In this document: positions 13,360 through 20,000 of the stretch, one piece after another | Layout of the letters: every line of letters begins with the position of its first letter | Numbering within the stretch: the first letter of the stretch is position 1 | Source of the DNA: an uncultured virus (IMG/VR IMGVR_UViG_3300030376_002698) | Taxonomy: Duplodnaviria > Heunggongvirae > Uroviricota > Caudoviricetes | DNA: 20,000 bases | Direction: 5' to 3' (one strand) | Virus record (IMG/VR): IMGVR_UViG_3300030376_002698 | Coordinates: 53,596-73,595 of that record | Notes under the pieces: model-generated | What the model saw: the letters and a program-made list of their open reading frames with translations, nothing else | The model's database searches: none | What the model was told of the DNA's origin: nothing | Translations under genes and position numbers: made by a program

Positions 13360-14136
13360 GTGAGTAATATGAAAAAAACCAATCCTATATTGAATGAGGA
13401 ATATCGCCATAGTGCCAGTCGTGGTAATGATTATGTAGATAGTCCTGCATTATGGTTAATGCGTAACTATTTCCAACTTAAATCTGATACTAACTATAGT
13501 ATGACTATGGGTAATGCATCAGAGCATGCAGCTCATGTAGGTCTTACAGCACCTGGTACAATTGATGTTAAACAAGTAGCTTATAATACATTTAGCCAGA
13601 TGGCTGAAGATTTATTGCGTGAAGATCAAGGTGTAATACCAAAACAGCTAGATAAGGTTGGTGAAATAGCTCAACACTTTACAAATGTACTTATTAAAAT
13701 ACAACAAGATCAAAAGTTATTACACTATAACAAGAAATATATTGCTAAAGTCAGTGGGTTAAAACACAAAGTAACCTATGTACCAGACTTTGAGTTTGAA
13801 GATATAGTTGTTGATACTAAAGCAACAATGGCATTCCCAACAGATCCATACAAAACTAAGCTAGCTCATATAAGGCAAGCTTCATTGTATGGTGCGTTGT
13901 TGAATAAACGAACTGCTCTCTTATACGCTACAGATAAGAAGGTAGGGCTATTTGAGATACCACCTGAAGTAGTAGAGGAACAAAGTGCCTTTATGTTCAG
14001 TGTATTCAAGAAAATAGAAAAAACTAACAAACTGTTTAAAAATGCAAAAGAGTTCATTGAGTATACAGTATTAAACACAGATGGGTACAAATGGGATGTT
14101 GAAACTAAAAGACTCGCTAATAGGTATTGGTCTTAA
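13360..14136 (+). CDS. PD-(D/E)XK exonuclease (RecB/ExoVIII-like)
   Basis: HSAS...G.A.EH...PDF...VVDTKAT...HIRQASLY. Start could be ATG 13369. Confidence 0.8.
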   Translation: MSNMKKTNPILNEEYRHSASRGNDYVDSPALWLMRNYFQLKSDTNYSMTMGNASEHAAHVGLTAPGTIDVKQVAYNTFSQMAEDLLREDQGVIPKQLDKVGEIAQHFTNVLIKIQQDQKLLHYNKKYIAKVSGLKHKVTYVPDFEFEDIVVDTKATMAFPTDPYKTKLAHIRQASLYGALLNKRTALLYATDKKVGLFEIPPEVVEEQSAFMFSVFKKIEKTNKLFKNAKEFIEYTVLNTDGYKWDVETKRLANRYWS

Positions 14137-14152
14137 ATTAAAAGGAGGAAGT

Positions 14153-14665
14153 ATGGCTTTTCAAGCACAATTAAAAAAAGATGCAAGGGATTACTCAGAA
14201 GGTTCTGAAGTAAAATTCTGGATTCCTGCAAAACTCAGTGGCAACGATATTGTTGTCTACTGGAATTCACCACTAATGAGTGATGGCGCTGATCCAATGA
14301 CTTTGAAAGAAGGTTCATGGATTGAGTTCGATGGTTACAGTAAGAATGGTAAGTCTTATACAGCTAAACAACTTAAAGCTGTAGATGCTCTATCGGTCCT
14401 GGATGAAGATCCTATGGCTAATGATGCACCAAAGAAAGCTGCTACTAGTCATGGTAATGCGATAGATAATGCAATGCGTGATGCTGGTATGGTTAAAGTT
14501 AGAGCTGTAAATGATATTATGATAGCATCTCGAACTGAAGATATTTCATTTAGTGATCAAGTCAAATATGTACAACGTGCAGTAAATCTTTTACATGCAT
14601 CTAATATGAACCAAGATGAGGTAGACGCTGAATATGACGACAAAGGACAGAAAATACCTTTCTGA
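14153..14665 (+). CDS. putative single-stranded DNA-binding protein
   Basis: OB-like N-terminus (LKEGSWIEFDG), acidic tail ending IPF, follows the exonuclease. Start moved to ATG 14153 behind AGGAGG. Confidence 0.6.
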   Translation: MAFQAQLKKDARDYSEGSEVKFWIPAKLSGNDIVVYWNSPLMSDGADPMTLKEGSWIEFDGYSKNGKSYTAKQLKAVDALSVLDEDPMANDAPKKAATSHGNAIDNAMRDAGMVKVRAVNDIMIASRTEDISFSDQVKYVQRAVNLLHASNMNQDEVDAEYDDKGQKIPF

Positions 14666-15098
14666 TTCTGAAATCATAGAACTGGATTCAGCTTTTTTTG
14701 ACAGCTATCATGAGAATGTGTGCAAGGTAGCTGTTGAAAACTTTAAACTTGATGGTGAATTAGTGACTATAATTATAGGTCATGCAAAGGGTGAAGCTAA
14801 ATTAACTAAAGTTATTGATAAAAACTTAACTGTAGAAGCTCCAAAGATTATGCAGCTACTAGAAGATTTAGAAATTACTAGCTATAGTTTTGTTAGTGAA
14901 GGTCGTATGCGTGTACCTAACAGACAAAGTAAAGTACCTGTAATAGTTATATCATCACATAATAGATCAGATGATTCCAGAACTACAATTTATAGAATAC
15001 AATCAAGAAAGAATAAAAAGATTAGTTTGTTTGCTACTGGTGAACAAGATGATCATGTATGGAATTATTTATTTAAGAAGGAAAGAGTATTACAATGA
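14634..15098 (+). CDS. hypothetical protein
   Basis: ORF track. Confidence 0.75.
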   Translation: MTTKDRKYLSDSEIIELDSAFFDSYHENVCKVAVENFKLDGELVTIIIGHAKGEAKLTKVIDKNLTVEAPKIMQLLEDLEITSYSFVSEGRMRVPNRQSKVPVIVISSHNRSDDSRTTIYRIQSRKNKKISLFATGEQDDHVWNYLFKKERVLQ

Positions 15099-15343
15099 AC
15101 ACTAATCATTTAGATATGTTAGATGCTAAAATGCGTTTACAAGACTATCAACAGAATGCGCCTAAACATTGGTTCATAGAAGCTAAGGACCAAAAAGGTA
15201 AAGTTGTTGATGCTCGTGTAGATGCACATACACTTGATGCTGCAAAAAGAATGTTTTTACGACAGTTTCCAATGCATGAGATAGTAAAATGTACCAGGCT
15301 AAAATCTTATATTGAAAAGAAAGGAGGCATAAATGCCTTATGA
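15095..15343 (+). CDS. hypothetical protein
   Basis: ORF track. ATGA coupling. Confidence 0.75.
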   Translation: MNTNHLDMLDAKMRLQDYQQNAPKHWFIEAKDQKGKVVDARVDAHTLDAAKRMFLRQFPMHEIVKCTRLKSYIEKKGGINAL

Positions 15344-15710
15344 TTTAAACAATTTTGAAAAGACTAAGAAGAATATTAAAATAGGACAAGAATCAATACT
15401 TGATGAATCTGCTGCTGAAAGAGCTTATAACTTTTGTATAAACAACTTAGACACACTTACTGAATACAACCAAGCTTATATACTAATGGATGGTTATACA
15501 AAGATACTACTTAATACAATTAAAAGCGAGTCAGATGAAAAGTCAGATGCTGCTCGTAACACAGAAGCTTATGCAGATAATCGTATGCTTACACATAATG
15601 ATAACTTAGCATTTGCTAAAGCTAGATATGACCACTTAAAAGAACTTTATAGTCTTGCTAAAGAACGTATAGGTATGTGGCGTACTAAAGAAGCATCTTC
15701 TAGAATTTAA
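15333..15710 (+). CDS. coiled-coil protein, possibly UvsY-like recombination accessory
   Basis: SDAAR..EAYAD...MWRTKEASSR C-terminus and recombination-module context. Function is inference. Confidence 0.6.
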   Translation: MPYDLNNFEKTKKNIKIGQESILDESAAERAYNFCINNLDTLTEYNQAYILMDGYTKILLNTIKSESDEKSDAARNTEAYADNRMLTHNDNLAFAKARYDHLKELYSLAKERIGMWRTKEASSRI

Positions 15711-15934
15711 TCTAAAATTTTATCACAGTGCTTAACACCAGTTTGATCAGTAGTCATTAAACATTGTTCTAAGCTACAAGTATATTGTACTTGATTACCT
15801 GAGTTTCTTTCTGCAGTTCTTTTTGCAGCTAAACATGTACTAAGATTGTCCTGGTGGTACCAACCTTCTATATTTTTATTTCCACCATCATATACATAGA
15901 GAGACAGTATGATTACTGTTTCAATGATTCCCAT
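15707..15934 (-). CDS. small Cys-rich protein with hydrophobic N-terminus
   Basis: ORF track. Four Cys. Confidence 0.7.
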   Translation of the reverse strand: MGIIETVIILSLYVYDGGNKNIEGWYHQDNLSTCLAAKRTAERNSGNQVQYTCSLEQCLMTTDQTGVKHCDKILD

Positions 15935-16295
15935 TCTTTCTTTCCTCTAAATCTATAATACGATCTTCATGAAACTGTATAATCATTTCATTTTTTAATA
16001 TTAAAGGTATTTCACCTTCCATTTGCTCTTTAAGTTTTTCTGTACTTTCAGCAAGATATTCAACCAACATATACAATTCTTGTATTTGTGGACTAACCAT
16101 ATCGCCTTTGGGAACACCTTCAATAAAAGTATTTGCAGCTTCTAAATCTTTATTGATTAACTGCAATGTAGTTTCTATGCTGTTCAGTCTTTCAACAATA
16201 GTAAAGTAACTCATAGTACCTATAGCTACTGCAGCTAGTATAGCTAAAAGATTTCTTGCAGGTAAAGATATTTGTGTAGAGTCCGATAGTTTCAT
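15921..16295 (-). CDS. membrane-anchored coiled-coil protein in lysis region
   Basis: TM segment LLAILAAVAIGTMSYF followed by heptads. Confidence 0.75.
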   Translation of the reverse strand: MKLSDSTQISLPARNLLAILAAVAIGTMSYFTIVERLNSIETTLQLINKDLEAANTFIEGVPKGDMVSPQIQELYMLVEYLAESTEKLKEQMEGEIPLILKNEMIIQFHEDRIIDLEERKNGNH

Positions 16296-16507
16296 ACTTC
16301 TGATCCATATCTAGACTCACAGTAAAACTCAAATCCTTTAAGTGAATCACCATATGTAATTATATGTGGACTTAATAATTCTATTTTATGTTCTGCAATA
16401 TATTCATGACATTCCCAAGTATCTTTAAATGTTTCAGCTTTATATTCTCTACCAACAGTTAAGTCAGTATCATGAAATGTTAAAACTATTGTTATTATAA
16501 ACCACAT
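16292..16507 (-). CDS. small protein with hydrophobic N-terminus and two Cys
   Basis: ORF track. Coupled on both sides. Confidence 0.7.
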   Translation of the reverse strand: MWFIITIVLTFHDTDLTVGREYKAETFKDTWECHEYIAEHKIELLSPHIITYGDSLKGFEFYCESRYGSEV

Positions 16508-16890
16508 TATTTTTTACCAAAGAATTTAGTTGCTCCTTTAATACCAAATGATGCACTTACGATTACGCCTAATGTGTATTTATACCAATCAGGAGTCATT
16601 GCAAGAGCTGCAAAACCCCGTTCAACATACTCCACAGTAAAAGGCAAAAAGCACAAGAGCAGAGGAATTGAAAAAAGGATGGTGAGATATTCGTCTTTCC
16701 ACGATTCTTTGCTGCCTTTGATTGCTTCCACATCCCAATCTATTTCCCCTTTTATTTGCTGTTTAACTATCTCAGTTTCAGCTTCTATTTTGACAAGTTT
16801 TTGTTGTGCTTTAGCTTTACGAGTATCTACGTATCCACTAATAGCATCACCAGCCACTCCTAGAAGAGGCTTGATTAACATTTGTAACAT
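16507..16890 (-). CDS. putative holin-like membrane protein
   Basis: Directly after lysozyme. SWKDEY.T...SIP..L.F and PDWY...LG.IV.ASFG TM segments, basic C-terminus. Confidence 0.7.
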   Translation of the reverse strand: MLQMLIKPLLGVAGDAISGYVDTRKAKAQQKLVKIEAETEIVKQQIKGEIDWDVEAIKGSKESWKDEYLTILFSIPLLLCFLPFTVEYVERGFAALAMTPDWYKYTLGVIVSASFGIKGATKFFGKK

Positions 16891-17346
16891 TTATAATAAC
16901 CTTATGATATGTGATAGATTTAAAGCTCGTTCAAAGGTTTGATCAGCCCATCTGCTATCCATCATTTCGTCAGCAGCGGTATTAAAATCTCCTTGATTTA
17001 GAGCCTTAAACATTTTTTTAAATTTAGACACTCTTGGTCTACCCATTTGAAACACCATTTCAATCAAAATACCCTCTATTTTAGCTATAGCACTAGGAGG
17101 TATGTCTAATGTATATAAATTAGGCAAATACTGTTCTATGAGCTTTTTTGACCCTTTTACAGCGATTTCAAAATCTTTTTCAAATATCTCAGTTAGATAC
17201 TCTTTAGAATACTTGCTGCCTATCTGTATGTTATCTTCAGGCAATATCATATGTCCATAGCCTATTGTAGCTATACCTAGAGTGTCATTATATGCAACAT
17301 CACGGAAGCCTTCATGCTCCATGATACGTTTTTTTATTTCATTCAT
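16891..17346 (-). CDS. endolysin, GH24 (T4-type) lysozyme
   Basis: HEGFR..AY.DTLG..TIGYGH catalytic E/D/T. MVFQMG...FKKM...AADEMMDSRWADQT..RA. Confidence 0.93.
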   Translation of the reverse strand: MNEIKKRIMEHEGFRDVAYNDTLGIATIGYGHMILPEDNIQIGSKYSKEYLTEIFEKDFEIAVKGSKKLIEQYLPNLYTLDIPPSAIAKIEGILIEMVFQMGRPRVSKFKKMFKALNQGDFNTAADEMMDSRWADQTFERALNLSHIIRLL

Positions 17347-17726
17347 TATTTTATTGTATAGCCTTGTGGCTGTGTTGATAGGTTAGGTAGTTTATCTGGC
17401 TGATTGCCAGCTATAATATCTTCTAAATTTTTGTGTATATACCATACAGCAGAACCAATATAACTATCTCTAGTAAAGGTTTCTGAAATTTCTTTTAACG
17501 AACAACCAAACTGTAACAATAAAGACACAGCTTTGCCTGAGCTGCGTAACTCTCGGTCCAAAGTAGATTCAGACTTTTTAGTTTTAACCCATATAGCAAC
17601 AGGGGTTACACCTTCTTCATTAATCATATAATCAATGGTTGATACGATTGGTTGGTTATCTATTAACATACGAACATTTATAGAACGCATTCTATTTGGT
17701 ATTTCCATTCTTGCCACGTTATTCAT
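17346..17726 (-). CDS. stand-alone TSCPD-like domain (NrdJ C-terminal-like)
   Basis: RMEIPNRMRS...P..IW...K...LD..L......VSLLLQFG..L.EI...F. Confidence 0.6.
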   Translation of the reverse strand: MNNVARMEIPNRMRSINVRMLIDNQPIVSTIDYMINEEGVTPVAIWVKTKKSESTLDRELRSSGKAVSLLLQFGCSLKEISETFTRDSYIGSAVWYIHKNLEDIIAGNQPDKLPNLSTQPQGYTIK

Positions 17727-17922
17727 ATTTCTCTAGTAGCATCTGTAGGTAATGAATGGCTTTTTCTATATCTTTACTTTTACCTTTATCACGATGCCTG
17801 GTTACATATTTAATTACGTTACCTTCTATGTATGGTAGCTTGTTAGCTATTATATACTCAGTAGGTTGAATCTTTAACTTAGAATAATGTGTTCCATCAA
17901 TTTGTTTTTTAAATGCACTCAT
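17719..17922 (-). CDS. DUF3310 protein
   Basis: QIDGTHY....IQP.EYI..N.L...EGNVIKYVTR...KG...DIEKAIHYL. Confidence 0.9.
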   Translation of the reverse strand: MSAFKKQIDGTHYSKLKIQPTEYIIANKLPYIEGNVIKYVTRHRDKGKSKDIEKAIHYLQMLLEKYE

Positions 17923-18620
17923 GGACAGACTTTATTCCATTTGCCTCCTTTATTCAAGACCATTGGTAATAATTTTGGTTGACTATTTATAATGATACCA
18001 CAGCCTATTACTGGTCGGTCTTTAAATATTTTATCATAAGCAAAAGCTAGAGCATCTTTATCTATTAAGCAGCCTACTTGCATAGCCCATAATAACGACA
18101 TTGGATTACCCCAATAGGCAATAGAATATTTGGTATGAAAATGCCCTTGTACATAACAAGTTCCTTGTTTTTGCCCTACTGATAATATATTTGCAGATTT
18201 ACCATGATGAAATGATACGCTGTTACCATCAGGTAGCTTTAATGTAAGTTCCTCATGCCATTTCCATTTAGGTCCTACCTCTAATACTTCGTTATAACCA
18301 CGCATATAAGCTCTTGGTAGTCCTGCTTTAAACGATCTTCTGTATGCTAGGCTGCCATGATTACTATGAAGTAAGTCCATAGAAGGAAATAATGTTTCTA
18401 ATTCTTTGATTACTTTTTTTGATTTAATAAGTTCATCACCAGCAGATGCTAAATCAGGATCCTGTCCATGCATGTTTAATCCATGTTTATCACATTCATC
18501 ACCTATGTTTACAATTTTATCAGGTGAATATTTTTTCTTAATTGCTTTTAAAAAATCTAACGCATCAGGATGATGGTAAGGAATGTGTAAATCACTTATG
18601 ACCAATATTGATTTATGCAT
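17919..18620 (-). CDS. calcineurin-like metallophosphoesterase
   Basis: SDLHIP, GDE.D, SNH, HHG, GHFH motifs. Confidence 0.9.
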   Translation of the reverse strand: MHKSILVISDLHIPYHHPDALDFLKAIKKKYSPDKIVNIGDECDKHGLNMHGQDPDLASAGDELIKSKKVIKELETLFPSMDLLHSNHGSLAYRRSFKAGLPRAYMRGYNEVLEVGPKWKWHEELTLKLPDGNSVSFHHGKSANILSVGQKQGTCYVQGHFHTKYSIAYWGNPMSLLWAMQVGCLIDKDALAFAYDKIFKDRPVIGCGIIINSQPKLLPMVLNKGGKWNKVCP

Positions 18621-18655
18621 AAGTTATATAAATCTTATTCATGCTATTTTGTCAA
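18621..18655 (-). promoter_or_regulatory. possible sigma70-type promoter for the phosphoesterase-to-lysis genes
   Basis: TTGACA at 18655-18650 and AT-rich TATATA just before the ATG. Spacing is 19 nt (non-canonical) and no SD is present. Confidence 0.35.
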
Positions 18656-18852
18656 ATAAGAGATCTTACTATTATATAGAGCATCTGAGCAAAGACAGTA
18701 GTACCAATAAACCACACTAAAGCACGCAGTTGACGCATATCTTTTTCAATATGAAATAGATGATTATCCTTAAGGGTGTTGAGCTTATTATCCATTAGCT
18801 CTAGTTTACCCTCAATGCGGATAATGGCTTCTCTATTCTGACTTTCCGTCAT
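18652..18852 (-). CDS. coiled-coil protein with C-terminal TM helix (XhlA/holin-like)
   Basis: IIRIEGKL...NHL.HIE.D...LVWFIGTTVFAQMLYIIV. Start moved to ATG 18852. Confidence 0.7.
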   Translation of the reverse strand: MTESQNREAIIRIEGKLELMDNKLNTLKDNHLFHIEKDMRQLRALVWFIGTTVFAQMLYIIVRSLI

Positions 18853-19024
18853 CTTCAGCAAGTTTTTCTTTAGGCAGTTCAGCTTGTAGTTGTGCTGTCC
18901 AATAGTTTATGACAATATCTAAGTCAGCTTTTTGTTCACCAAGTCTCATTAACTTAGCGTACACTGCTTTACCTTTGTCAGATAAGGTAGTTTGATTGTA
19001 TTCTTTATCGTTTATTGTAAACAT
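18833..19024 (-). CDS. small tail-fibre-associated protein
   Basis: MFTINDKEY....LSD motif, directly downstream of the tail fibre. AAGGA SD. Confidence 0.7.
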   Translation of the reverse strand: MFTINDKEYNQTTLSDKGKAVYAKLMRLGEQKADLDIVINYWTAQLQAELPKEKLAEDDGKSE

Positions 19025-19036
19025 TTTATATCCTTA

Positions 19037-20000
19037 TTATTCTCCTTTTAAAGTTTTAACTTCTGCAGAAAGTTCTTTGACCGCATTTATTAAAACAGGT
19101 ATTAGTCTTTGATAAGTCAAACCATAATTACCATCTTCACCCTTACTAGTTATAAGAGCAGTTTCATCTTCTACTTTATAACCATATCCTCTTTCTAGTG
19201 TCTCAACATCTTGAGCTAATAAACCACTAAACAATTTTTGTTTTTTGTGTGTACCATCAGGTGTTGCATCATCATCATAATCTGACCTCATATCCCATCG
19301 ATAAGTAACTGGGTTTAATTGATTTACAAAATCTAAGCCCATAGTTAAGGCTTCGACATCTGTTTTATCTCGTTTGTCTGAAGTTACTGTCCAATCCACT
19401 TTTATAGAAGCATCAGTAACTGAATTATTACCTAAAACAATACTATTACTGCTTGTGGTGATATTGCTTGGAGAAGCACTGCCACCCGCACCTTGACCTA
19501 CACAAGTATTATTACTACCAGAAGTTATGTTGTTTCCAGCAGAACCACCAATAATAGTACAAGCAGAACCTGTATTTACTCGTAAACCCGCTTGAACGCC
19601 TACTGCTACATTTTCAGTATCATTTACTGATGTACCTGTATTAAATGCTTTTAATGCTTCAAAACCTACTGCAACATTATATCTATCACCTTGTGCCGTA
19701 CTTAATGCGTCTCTACCGACTGCTACGTTGTATGCACCAGCTTGTAATGCAGTACCAGCTTGATAACCAATTGCTACATTATCATCACCAGTAGTAATAG
19801 CATCAAGTGCGTTTAAACCATAAGCTGTATTATATTGTGCGGTACTATCTGTGCCTGATACATCGTGAGTATAAATAGAGCCTGTGTCACCTTGAAAGAA
19901 AGGAATACCATTAAAACTAGTAGCAACAATAGTGCTTGATCCAGTTATAGCACCGTCTACTTGTAAGGTAGATGCCATATCTACAGCACCATCAATGTCT
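19037..20000 (-). CDS. tail fibre with C-terminal peptidase S74 intramolecular chaperone (5' partial)
   Basis: N-x-A-V-G-x-x-A beta-roll repeats, cleavage motif TSDKRDK, GLLAQDV, Y..LIPVLINAVKEL. Frame stays open upstream of 19978 (DIDGAVD-MASTL). Confidence 0.9.
   Translation of the reverse strand, partial: DIDGAVDMASTLQVDGAITGSSTIVATSFNGIPFFQGDTGSIYTHDVSGTDSTAQYNTAYGLNALDAITTGDDNVAIGYQAGTALQAGAYNVAVGRDALSTAQGDRYNVAVGFEALKAFNTGTSVNDTENVAVGVQAGLRVNTGSACTIIGGSAGNNITSGSNNTCVGQGAGGSASPSNITTSSNSIVLGNNSVTDASIKVDWTVTSDKRDKTDVEALTMGLDFVNQLNPVTYRWDMRSDYDDDATPDGTHKKQKLFSGLLAQDVETLERGYGYKVEDETALITSKGEDGNYGLTYQRLIPVLINAVKELSAEVKTLKGE

Noticed and set aside
19440..19830. Periodic repeats in the tail fibre gene as a DGR or tandem DNA repeat
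   Set aside because: They are degenerate protein-level N-x-A-x-G beta-roll repeats. No reverse transcriptase or adenine-specific TR/VR pair was seen.

Overview
AT-rich fragment of a tailed dsDNA bacteriophage. The gene families resemble marine alphaproteobacterial (pelagiphage-type) phages, but the host assignment is inference only. Left to right: (i) a minus-strand packaging operon (1-6045) in which TerS and TerL sit among about 17 very small, mostly Lys/Arg-rich, translationally coupled ORFs. Several of these begin MISK and are preceded by a duplicated 23-bp copy of the terL 3' end. (ii) A GC-richer, heavily self-complementary non-coding divergence region (about 6050-6580). (iii) A plus-strand early-type block of small hypothetical genes (ParB-like, DUF3846-like) with long structured intergenic elements. 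(iv) A minus-strand trio: HEXXH protein, DUF968-like Zn protein, DUF6456-like regulator. (v) A plus-strand recombination block: PD-(D/E)XK nuclease, SSB-like protein, coiled-coil protein. (vi) A minus-strand late block: tail fibre with S74 chaperone domain, metallophosphoesterase, DUF3310, TSCPD-like protein, lysozyme, holin-like and membrane proteins. No polymerase, helicase, primase, integrase, tRNA or CRISPR array was recognised. Family names come from motif recognition by eye, not database searches.
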